A stretch of 64,000 nucleotides of DNA from Methanobacteriota archaeon (GTDB lineage: Archaea; Thermoplasmatota; Thermoplasmata; SG8-5; DAIRED01): positions 1 to 64,000 of the forward strand of contig JAZDNO010000019.1 in assembly GCA_043799545.1 (NCBI GenBank). The letters run 5' to 3'. Shown here piece after piece: positions 1-8,368 of this stretch. A program made the translations under genes and the position numbers. Each line of letters starts with the position of its first letter. Position 1 is the first letter of the stretch. The notes beneath the pieces are model-generated. The model did no database searches. It was not told the origin of the DNA and was given only the letters and a program-made list of their open reading frames with translations.

Positions 1-120
1 AATTATTCCGATGAAATAAAAATCATTCTTCGGCCAATATTACTTTTTCCAGATTTACCAGCTATTAATGATTGGAAAAATGTACTGTCCAGTCCAATTC
101 CCGATGAGGATTGGATAAAA

Positions 121-1272
121 TTGATGGGCGGAGTCGTAAAAACATTCTCGCATCAATCGCAAGAAGCAACCGATTGTCGTTGGATAAAAATAATATGTGC
201 GATTTTCGGTCGAAAAATTAATTTTCATAATTCTTTAAAGAATGATAATAAAGATGATATTAAAAGTTTGTTAGAATATCCAAATTTCGGTGATATGCGA
301 TGTGTGCGGCCTCTAATACGAGCTATGGAAGGTGGATTTTCTGGTATAGAAAATAATGCGGATTCGAATTGGGCTAAATACTTCTGGGATTATTGTTATA
401 AAAATACTAAGTGTTATCCAGAGGAAAATGCAAATAAAAAAATTAGTATAAGACAACAAATCTTTGTAAAGGAAATGGAAAATGTAAGGAAACAATATTT
501 TACAGAGTTGAGGGAAATTAAACAGAAGTTGTATAAACATTATTATCAAACGATAAATTGTACATCAATAGATTCACGTTTTGAAGGTTCTTTTGGCTTA
601 ACACTATATGCATTTTCTTTGTTTACAGAAACAATTTTTTACCGGGCATCATTATCAATAACTGGGAGACTTAATTTAAGGGCGCTAGTGGAGATATATA
701 TCACATTCCGGTATTTACTACAAAAAGAAAAGACCGACCCAAGGATTTGGGATGATTATCGTATCTACGGAACTGGGCAGGTTAAACTAATTTATTTGAA
801 ATTACAGGAGTTCGAAGAAAAAACTTGCTGTGTTGAATTAGATACAATGGAATTCATAACTAACGAAGACAAATGGCTCGAATTCGTACCAATACAAGTC
901 GGTCAATGGAATTCGATAGATTTAAGAAAAATGAGTATTGAAGTCAGTCTTAAGGATTGTTATGATAAATATTATATATACACGTCAAGTTTTATGCATG
1001 GAAACTGGGGAGCCATAAGGGAATCAATATTTCAATTATGTATAAACCCATTGCACCGTTATCATCGAGTCCCAATATATGAATTACCTCTTATGCCCAG
1101 TGTGACACAAGATGCAATAGATATTATGAATAATATTTTATCATGTTTATCAGAAGCATACCCAAAGTTCGAATATAAAATAAACAAGACTAAAGGCAAT
1201 AACAAAGATATAAAAAAATCCTCTTCCAGACCTCGATCTTCAAATAAAAAGACTAGGAATAAATATAAGTAA
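121..1272 (+). CDS. AT-rich hypothetical protein, DUF5677-like (possible HEPN-related)
   Basis: 383-aa ORF in a strongly AT-rich segment; C-terminal motif YIYTSSFMHGNW resembles the Y..S..H signature of DUF5677-type proteins. Start codon uncertain. Confidence 0.5.
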   Translation: MMGGVVKTFSHQSQEATDCRWIKIICAIFGRKINFHNSLKNDNKDDIKSLLEYPNFGDMRCVRPLIRAMEGGFSGIENNADSNWAKYFWDYCYKNTKCYPEENANKKISIRQQIFVKEMENVRKQYFTELREIKQKLYKHYYQTINCTSIDSRFEGSFGLTLYAFSLFTETIFYRASLSITGRLNLRALVEIYITFRYLLQKEKTDPRIWDDYRIYGTGQVKLIYLKLQEFEEKTCCVELDTMEFITNEDKWLEFVPIQVGQWNSIDLRKMSIEVSLKDCYDKYYIYTSSFMHGNWGAIRESIFQLCINPLHRYHRVPIYELPLMPSVTQDAIDIMNNILSCLSEAYPKFEYKINKTKGNNKDIKKSSSRPRSSNKKTRNKYK

Positions 1273-1393
1273 GATACAACTATTAAATACAAAATTTTTC
1301 GTCGATACACAATATAAAGATATGTATTTCTACTTTTCATTTGGTCTACAATCCAATCGCCACCTTTTTATCCCCCCGAGGCCATCCGCAAGC

Positions 1394-1894
1394 ATGACCG
1401 TCGGCCTCATCCTCGGGCGCTTCCAGCCGTTCCACAACGGCCACCTTTTCGCGCTCCGGCTTATCCTGAAGCGGAACGACCGCGCAATCGTCGTCATCGG
1501 CTCCGCCCAAGCGTCCCACGACGCGGAGAACCCCTTCAGCGCTGGCGAGAGGTTCGAGATGATTCGCGCCTCCCTCACGGGCGACGAGCTGACCCGCACG
1601 GCGATAATCCCCATCGAGGACATAAACCGCTACCCGCTCTGGGTCGCGCACGTTGAGTCCAGGTGCCCGAAGTTCGACCGCGTCTACTCGCGCAACTCTT
1701 TGACGGCGGCGCTGTTCAAGCAGGCCGGGTACGAGGTCGTGGAGCACGACTACCACAGGCGCGAGCATTGCTCCGGCTCGGAGATAAGGCGCATGATGGC
1801 TTGCGGCGAACCATGGGAGAAGCACGTTCCCAAAGGAGTATCGGCGTACATACGGAAAATCGGCGGCGTCCAAAGGGTGAAATCCATTGGATGA
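1394..1894 (+). CDS. nadM: Nicotinamide-nucleotide adenylyltransferase
   Basis: GRFQPFHNGH (HxGH) and SGSEIR motifs; ATG at 1394 downstream of a TTTTTAT box near 1364-1370. Confidence 0.92.
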   Translation: MTVGLILGRFQPFHNGHLFALRLILKRNDRAIVVIGSAQASHDAENPFSAGERFEMIRASLTGDELTRTAIIPIEDINRYPLWVAHVESRCPKFDRVYSRNSLTAALFKQAGYEVVEHDYHRREHCSGSEIRRMMACGEPWEKHVPKGVSAYIRKIGGVQRVKSIG

Positions 1895-3011
1895 GCCCAT
1901 CGCGGTCGAAATCGGGGCGCGGCTCGCGAGCCAGGGCATGACGCTGGCCATAGCGGAATCTTGCACCGGCGGCCTGCTTTCAAAGCTAATCACGGACGTT
2001 CCAGGAGCATCGAGGTATTTCACAGGGGCGGTCTGCGCCTATAGCAACGGTGGAAAGGTGAGGCTCCTCTCGGTTTCCAGGGACACGCTGACCAAGTCGG
2101 GCGCGGTATCGGCGGAGGTGGCGGCCGAGATGGCATCGGGGGCGAGAGAGAGGATGGGAACTGACATCGGCGTAGCAATCACCGGCGTGGCCGGGCCCGA
2201 TGGGGCGACAGCGGGTAAGCCAGTTGGGCTGGTTTTCATCGCTGTGGCCGACGGCCGAGGCTCCGAGGCATGGCGCCACGATTTCAAGGGGGACCGGGGC
2301 TCGGTCCGCAACCAGGCAGCCCGCGCGGCGTTGGAGCATCTCCGGGATAGGGTTAAAAACCCCGATGCGAATCCCGTTCCGATGAGCGGAGAATTCAGAA
2401 TAGGCGTGCTTGCGTCGGGCAGCGGCACGGACCTGCAAAGCATCCTGGATGCCTGCTCGCGCGGCGACATCCCCGGCAAGGTCGTCGTCGTTGTGACCAA
2501 CAACCCGGAGGCCAAATGCCTCGAGCGCGCCAGGCGATACGGCGCGGACGCCGTCCTGGTGGACCACAGGGGGAAAAAGCGCGAGGAGCACGAGCGGGAG
2601 GTCGTCGCTGAGCTGAAGGCACGCAAGGTCGAGCTGGTTGTGCTGGCCGGGTACCTAAGGATGTTCACGCCGTACATAGTGAACGAGTTCCGCGGAAGGA
2701 TGATAAACGTCCATCCGGCGCTGCTTCCGCTTTTCGGGGGCAAGGGGATGCACGGCATCAAGGTGCACGAGGCCGTGCTGGAGGCGGGCTGCAAGGTCTC
2801 TGGAGCGACGGTCCACTTCGTGGACGAGAGCATAGACGGCGGCCCAATCATCGCACAGGGCTGCGTGTCCGTCCGGGAAGGAGACACAGCGGAAGACCTT
2901 CAGGCGAGGGTGCTGGAGGAGGAGCACAGGCTCCTGCCCAGGATAATCGCGCTCATAGCGAATGGCAAAGTCCATCTGGAAGGATTAAAAGTAAGGGTCG
3001 AGAGCGAATAA
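1887..3011 (+). CDS. pncC-purN: Fusion: CinA C-terminal/PncC NMN deamidase + phosphoribosylglycinamide formyltransferase PurN
   Basis: N-half has AESCTGG and GVAGPDG (CinA_C). C-half from Met at 2382 has GVLASGSGTDL, LAGYLR, INVHPALLP, GATVHFVDE..DGGPII (PurN). No stop between the halves. Confidence 0.88.
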   Translation: MDEPIAVEIGARLASQGMTLAIAESCTGGLLSKLITDVPGASRYFTGAVCAYSNGGKVRLLSVSRDTLTKSGAVSAEVAAEMASGARERMGTDIGVAITGVAGPDGATAGKPVGLVFIAVADGRGSEAWRHDFKGDRGSVRNQAARAALEHLRDRVKNPDANPVPMSGEFRIGVLASGSGTDLQSILDACSRGDIPGKVVVVVTNNPEAKCLERARRYGADAVLVDHRGKKREEHEREVVAELKARKVELVVLAGYLRMFTPYIVNEFRGRMINVHPALLPLFGGKGMHGIKVHEAVLEAGCKVSGATVHFVDESIDGGPIIAQGCVSVREGDTAEDLQARVLEEEHRLLPRIIALIANGKVHLEGLKVRVESE

Positions 3012-3036
3012 AGAACCCGACCCTGCGGAAAGGCAT

Positions 3037-3438
3037 TTAAAACAGGTTTCCCAGGAAATTGAAGCCAGTCGCCGCCGACACCAATATCCCGAGGAAGAGC
3101 AGGAGCCCGAGCTTCTCGAACTTGTCCAGGTCCGCGCCCATGCCCAGGAACAGCATCGTGAAGACCGAAGCCAGCAGGACGCCGATCTGCCCGATGTTCA
3201 TCCCCATTTTTACGGTGTCCCCCGCGTCGACCCCGCTCGCGTTTATGGATATCATCATCCCGATGGGGATGAATATCACTGCCACCATTATCAGCAGGTA
3301 TCCGATGAGCTTCGGAAGCCTGAACTGCTGGTGCGGCGGCGCCTGGTGAACGGCGTACTGCGGCGCCGGCTGCGGCGCGTACTGCTGCGGATATTGCTGC
3401 GGTTGCCCTTGCTGTTGCTGCTGTTGTTGTCCCATCAT
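3037..3438 (-). CDS. Small membrane protein with Gln/Pro-rich N-terminus
   Basis: MMGQQQQQQQGQPQQYPQQYAPQ then about 3 hydrophobic helices; start at 3438 or 3462. Confidence 0.65.
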   Translation of the reverse strand: MMGQQQQQQQGQPQQYPQQYAPQPAPQYAVHQAPPHQQFRLPKLIGYLLIMVAVIFIPIGMMISINASGVDAGDTVKMGMNIGQIGVLLASVFTMLFLGMGADLDKFEKLGLLLFLGILVSAATGFNFLGNLF

Positions 3439-3534
3439 ATTGTTCCCTCTAAGGACGGTCATAGCTCTCTGTATATATCAACCTTTTGCCCGGGCGGAAC
3501 AAAGGTTATATCCACCTGGCCTAATCGCCGGGCG

Positions 3535-4449
3535 ATGGCAAGCGAAATCCAGCGCAGAATCGCGGAGCTCAAGGCGCGGAAAGGGGCGATAATCCTGGCG
3601 CACAACTACCAGCTCCCGGAGGTGCAGGACGCGGCCGACTTCGTCGGCGACTCGTTCGGCCTCTCCGTCACGGCGTCCAAGACAGATGCCAAGCTCATCG
3701 TTTTCTGCGGCGTGGATTTCATGGCGGAGAGCGCTCTGATTCTCAACCCGTCGAAGCGCGTCGTCGTGCCGGACCATGGCGCGAGGTGTCCGATGGCGGC
3801 GATGATAACGCCCGAGGCACTGAGGAAGCTGAAGGCCGAAAACCCGGGCGTGCCCGTCGTCGCCTACGTGAACACCAGCGCCGCCGTCAAGGCCGAGACG
3901 GACGTGTGCTGCACCTCGTCCAACGCGGTCAAGGTTGTCAAATCCCTGGATTCCGAGAAGGTCATCTTCGTGCCGGACAGGAACCTCGGACTGTACGTTC
4001 AGCGCTTCGTGGAGGATAAAGAGCTGATTCTCTGGCCTGGCTACTGCCCCACGCACGAGGGGATAACTGTGGGGAAGCTGAAGGAGGCGCGCGCAGCGCA
4101 TCCTGACGCTGAAATCATCGTCCACCCCGAGTGCACGCCGGAGGCGATAGATTTCGCGGACGCCGCCGCATCGACGGAGGGGATGGTAAACCGCGTGAAG
4201 GCGTCACAGAAGCGCGAGTTCATACTCGGCACGGAGGTCGAGCACGCTTACAGGATGGGGCGCTTATTCCCGGACAAGACTTTCCATTCGATACCAGGCA
4301 TAGTCTGCCCCAACATGAAGAAGACGACGCTCGACAAGGTTGCCAAATCCCTGGAGACCCTGGAAACTGCCATATCGGTGCCGGAGGATATCATCAGGAG
4401 GGCGAGGAGGCCATTGGACCGTATGGTGGAAATCGGGAGAGGGGATTGA
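3535..4449 (+). CDS. nadA: Quinolinate synthase A
   Basis: AHNYQ, FCGVDFMAES, CPMA, YVNTS, CTSSN, CPTH, HPEC, CPNMK motifs; ATG 3535 after GTTATAT box. Confidence 0.95.
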   Translation: MASEIQRRIAELKARKGAIILAHNYQLPEVQDAADFVGDSFGLSVTASKTDAKLIVFCGVDFMAESALILNPSKRVVVPDHGARCPMAAMITPEALRKLKAENPGVPVVAYVNTSAAVKAETDVCCTSSNAVKVVKSLDSEKVIFVPDRNLGLYVQRFVEDKELILWPGYCPTHEGITVGKLKEARAAHPDAEIIVHPECTPEAIDFADAAASTEGMVNRVKASQKREFILGTEVEHAYRMGRLFPDKTFHSIPGIVCPNMKKTTLDKVAKSLETLETAISVPEDIIRRARRPLDRMVEIGRGD

Positions 4450-5164
4450 GCTGGTTGTAAAAGCGGTATTTTTCGACGTCGGCCAGACCCTCATCGACAG
4501 CCGGAGGGAGAACGACGAGGCGTTCGTCAGCGTATTGAACGAGCTCGGCGCGACGATTCCCCCCGGCGCGAGCTTCGCCTCCGCCATCCTGCAGGCGCAC
4601 AAGGAGTTCGCCGCGAAAGGGATTTTCGCGCACCAGTTCCCCAAGGACGAAGGCATGGAGTTCTGGGTCCCGTTCGACAGGCGCGTCATAGAACTAGCTG
4701 GCGTCAAGGGAGACCTGGACAGATACTCGCTCGAAGCGCACCTGAGGTGGTTCGATCACGTGGGCATATACGCTTATAGGGACACGGTCCCCGCCGTCGA
4801 GGCCCTGAGGGGGATGGGCTTGAGGCTCGGGATAATATCCAACGGCTTGGAGGGGGAGATATTCGACGTGCTGGCCCGCGCCAAGATTGACGCCGCCCTC
4901 TTCGACCCCGTCGTGGGCTCGGACACCTTCTCCTGCGAGAAGCCGAGCGCGCGCGTTTTCGAGGAGACTGCCAGGCGGGCGGGGCTGAAGCCAGGGGAGT
5001 GTGCATTCGTTGGCGACCGCCTTGACAAGGACGGCGGGGCCGCGAAGGCGGGGATGAGGTTCTTCTGGATGGACCGCAAGGGCAAAGGCGGAGCTCCCGA
5101 ATGGGCGGAGCGCATAGGGTCGCTTGCGGAGCTACATGGACTGCTGGCGAAGCCACGACCATAA
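4445..5164 (+). CDS. HAD-superfamily hydrolase
   Basis: FFDVGQTLID (motif I), ISNG, EKP, FVGDRLDKD motifs; start not canonical (see findings). Confidence 0.85.
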   Translation: MELVVKAVFFDVGQTLIDSRRENDEAFVSVLNELGATIPPGASFASAILQAHKEFAAKGIFAHQFPKDEGMEFWVPFDRRVIELAGVKGDLDRYSLEAHLRWFDHVGIYAYRDTVPAVEALRGMGLRLGIISNGLEGEIFDVLARAKIDAALFDPVVGSDTFSCEKPSARVFEETARRAGLKPGECAFVGDRLDKDGGAAKAGMRFFWMDRKGKGGAPEWAERIGSLAELHGLLAKPRP

Positions 5165-5197
5165 GCTATATGCCCTCGCAAACCACTCGCTATTTCG

Positions 5198-6352
5198 ATG
5201 GCAAAATGGGAGGAGCTGCAGGTCGCAGTTGACGAAAATGCTGCCAGGGAGAGGGCAGAGGCTATCGAGCGTGAGATGCTCTGGCGAAAAAATTACAGGA
5301 CCAGCACCTTCGGCAGGGTATTGCTGTCGATCGCTGGCCTGTTCGCCCTCCACGGCTGCATATCTTTCTGCGTCGCCACGGACCCTGTACTGGTCTGGGG
5401 CCAGGACTGGATGGCATCGGGGTGGACAATCGCAATGTGCCTGCTCATCATCCCGGTGTTGGTTCTGGTTTTGCTGGCCGTGGGAATCGGCTTTTTAAAA
5501 ACGGTGACGCCGGAGCGGAACCGGGGCCTGTACTTATTAGGTCTGGCCATCACGGCTCTCGGAGTCTTCTCGCCGCTGCTCTTCGCCTGCATGGGGTGGA
5601 CAGAGTTCTTTTTGGTCGTAGTTTTCACCGTCGCGCCTCAGCTGGTGGGCATCCTGCTGGTCTCGGCGGCCTTCCTGCGCGAGGACCACCTCGGCGACAT
5701 TCTGGTGAAGAGGTGCGTCACATGGATGGCGGGACTCTACGGCTTTGCGGCTGTCGCCACGGCCGCGGCCGCCATGAGGGCTAATGCTCTCGCGGGGCTT
5801 CTGGTGATATCGCTGTGGCTGGCAGCGGCGTTCGCCGCTTACCTGGCGTACCTCGCCGTATACGGCTGTGAGATGCCGTGGAGATGGACCGGGTTTCCGC
5901 GCGCCGGCAGGGGGAGGATAGTCATTGCAACCGTGTTCGCGGTCGCTGTCATGTCGATTTCCGGAGGTCTGGCAGGGATCCAGCTCACGAAGGTGGACCT
6001 GGAAATCATCAGCGCGCTGTCCTCCGGGAACGGGGTCGTCGACATCGTCGTGATAAACCACGGCGGATGGCCTGCAGACGGGGAGCTGGTGCTCTACGGC
6101 GAATCAGGCGGCAACCTGACCGAGCTCTGCCGCACGTCGCGGGTGGATGGATTCGGACGGTGGCTCGCGCGTGTGGATGCTGGTGCGAACGTGACGTTCG
6201 GGGAAGACCTCGTCCTCCATTACAAGGGGACTCCGGTCAGCCGGTCCTTCGTCGGCTCGGGAGACAACTCGTGCATCATCGCGTATCCAGCAGTCTTTGC
6301 AGTTGTCGGAGCTGCGATATTGCGCGGAAAGAAAAAGGCTTGGCGCGCTTGA
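5198..6352 (+). CDS. Multi-pass membrane protein with C-terminal Ig-like extracellular segment and final TM helix
   Basis: 384-aa ORF, many hydrophobic helices, beta-rich segment near the end, terminal TM plus basic tail RGKKK. Confidence 0.7.
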   Translation: MAKWEELQVAVDENAARERAEAIEREMLWRKNYRTSTFGRVLLSIAGLFALHGCISFCVATDPVLVWGQDWMASGWTIAMCLLIIPVLVLVLLAVGIGFLKTVTPERNRGLYLLGLAITALGVFSPLLFACMGWTEFFLVVVFTVAPQLVGILLVSAAFLREDHLGDILVKRCVTWMAGLYGFAAVATAAAAMRANALAGLLVISLWLAAAFAAYLAYLAVYGCEMPWRWTGFPRAGRGRIVIATVFAVAVMSISGGLAGIQLTKVDLEIISALSSGNGVVDIVVINHGGWPADGELVLYGESGGNLTELCRTSRVDGFGRWLARVDAGANVTFGEDLVLHYKGTPVSRSFVGSGDNSCIIAYPAVFAVVGAAILRGKKKAWRA

Positions 6353-6386
6353 TGGCCGTGCGGTCTCCCCCGGGACTCCCACCGAA

Positions 6387-7163
6387 GTGGTTATACCGGG
6401 GGATGAGCCTTTCACCCGTGGGATTACCATCGATCAAATTGCTAACGCCATCGAGACATCGGGGCTCACGAAGCGCTTCGGCCAGTTCACGGCCGTCGAC
6501 GGCGTGGATTTGAAGGTCCGGGAAGGCGAGGTCTACGGGCTTCTGGGCCCGAACGGCTCCGGAAAGACTACGATAATCAAAATGCTGTGCGGCCTTTTGA
6601 AGCCCGCAGCGGGCGAGATGAGAATCCTCGGCAAGCCAGCGCCTGATAAAAAGGTCATGGGCAGCGTCGGCTACATGCCCCAGGAGGCGGCCATCTACAT
6701 GGACAACACCGTCGGTGAGAACCTGCGGCTCTTCGCGGACATCTATGGAGTCCCGCGCGACAAGGTCGAGTCGCGCGAGGCCGAGCTTTTGAAGTTCGTC
6801 GATTTGACTGGCTGGAAAGGGGCGCTCGTGTCGACGCTGAGCGGCGGAATGCGCCACCGCGCGAGCCTCGCCTGCGCCCTCGTCCACGAGCCGCGCGTGC
6901 TCTTCCTCGACGAGCCCACGGTCGGCGTGGACCCGGAGCTGCGCGCGACGTTCTGGAACTACTTCAACGGCATGGCCGATAAAGGCGTGACCGTGGTCAT
7001 AACGACCCACTACATGGACGAGGCCAGCCACTGCACCAGGGCGGGGCTGCTGAGGCAGGGCAAGCTGATTGCCGAGGGCGCCCCCGCGGAGCTGAAATCG
7101 ATGACTGGCACCGATTCTCTTGAGGACGCCTTCCTCAAGCTAGCCAGGAGGGAGAGGCCATGA
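6387..7163 (+). CDS. ABC-2 type exporter ATP-binding protein
   Basis: Walker A GPNGSGKT, signature LSGGM, Walker B LFLDEPT, H-loop TTHY; in-frame GTG at 6387, exact start uncertain. Confidence 0.92.
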   Translation: MVIPGDEPFTRGITIDQIANAIETSGLTKRFGQFTAVDGVDLKVREGEVYGLLGPNGSGKTTIIKMLCGLLKPAAGEMRILGKPAPDKKVMGSVGYMPQEAAIYMDNTVGENLRLFADIYGVPRDKVESREAELLKFVDLTGWKGALVSTLSGGMRHRASLACALVHEPRVLFLDEPTVGVDPELRATFWNYFNGMADKGVTVVITTHYMDEASHCTRAGLLRQGKLIAEGAPAELKSMTGTDSLEDAFLKLARRERP

Positions 7164-8332
7164 ACATGCGGCGCACGCTCGCGTTCACGAAGCGGGCCCT
7201 CCAGCAGTTCAGGCACGACCGCCGGACGCTGGCCTTCATCATCGCGATGCCTCTGCTCATGATTACGATCTTCGGATACACCTTCGGCGGCGAGGTGAAG
7301 AACATCAAGGTGGAGGTCGTGAACCTCGACCAGGGGTTGCCGCCCGGAACCGCGCCGCAGCAGCTCGGCGGGCTCACGCTCGCTCAGGCGATAATCAATA
7401 ATATCGACACGGATGTTCTGAAGGTTGCCGAGGGCACAGACTCGATTGCCGCCCGAGCCAACGTCAACGATTCTAAGGCCTGGGCGGCCATCATCTTTCC
7501 AGCCAACTTCACCGTCGATTTGCTGAGGTTCGCCAACGGCCAGGGGGTGTCAAGGCCGGTCCTCGAGATTTACATGGAGGGCTCGAACCCCACGATTTCC
7601 GGCGCGGTCATGAAGGCCGTGAACGAGGCCGTGCTTGCGACCGTGAAGCAGGCCGCGGCTGCGCTGAATGTGACTAGCATCGACCTGCCGATATCCCTCC
7701 AGCCGTCCTACGCCTACGGGGGCGGCGACACGCAGTTCATAGACTACTTCGCGCCTGGAGTCATCTCCTTCGCGATAATGATGGTCACCATCATGATTAC
7801 GATAATCCTTTTCGTGAACGAGCGCAGGACCGGCACGCTGCAGCGGCTGCTGGCCTCCCCCGCCGGGGAGGAGGAGATTGTCCTCGGCTACTCGCTGGCC
7901 TTCGGCCTCATAGGGCTCGCGCAGAGCGTCGTAATATTGGCGGCGGCTGTCTTCCTATTCGACGTCACAATAGCCGGGAGCGTCGTCCTGGCTCTCTTCG
8001 TTGTTTTCCTCATCGGCGTCGGCCACCAGGGATTCGGCATCCTCCTCTCGACGGGTGCGAAGAACGAGCTCCAGGCCATCCAGTTCATACCGCTCATCAT
8101 ATTTCCCTCGATACTGCTGTCTGGGTTGTTCTGGCCAATTGAGTCTATTCCGCCCGTTCTCCAGCCTGTCTCGTACCTCATCCCCCTGCGCTACGGCATA
8201 GACGCCGAGAGGGCAATCATGCTCCGGGGCTGGGGAATCGGCGAGATATGGCTCGACATTGCTGTCCTGGCATTCTTTGCAACCCTGACGCTTGGCGGAA
8301 GCGTCCTGCTTCTGAAAAAACGGAAAGGTTGA
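7160..8332 (+). CDS. ABC-2 type exporter permease
   Basis: N-terminal TM, large loop, NERRTGTLQRLLASP, 5 C-terminal TMs; ATGA overlap with the ATPase. Confidence 0.9.
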   Translation: MNMRRTLAFTKRALQQFRHDRRTLAFIIAMPLLMITIFGYTFGGEVKNIKVEVVNLDQGLPPGTAPQQLGGLTLAQAIINNIDTDVLKVAEGTDSIAARANVNDSKAWAAIIFPANFTVDLLRFANGQGVSRPVLEIYMEGSNPTISGAVMKAVNEAVLATVKQAAAALNVTSIDLPISLQPSYAYGGGDTQFIDYFAPGVISFAIMMVTIMITIILFVNERRTGTLQRLLASPAGEEEIVLGYSLAFGLIGLAQSVVILAAAVFLFDVTIAGSVVLALFVVFLIGVGHQGFGILLSTGAKNELQAIQFIPLIIFPSILLSGLFWPIESIPPVLQPVSYLIPLRYGIDAERAIMLRGWGIGEIWLDIAVLAFFATLTLGGSVLLLKKRKG

Positions 8333-8368
8333 TATCTGAGCGGCTGCCAATCAGAAGCGCTTGACAGC

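Noticed and set aside
6380-6445. Non-canonical start for the ABC ATPase
   Set aside because: An in-frame GTG exists at 6387, so no unusual initiation needs to be invoked.
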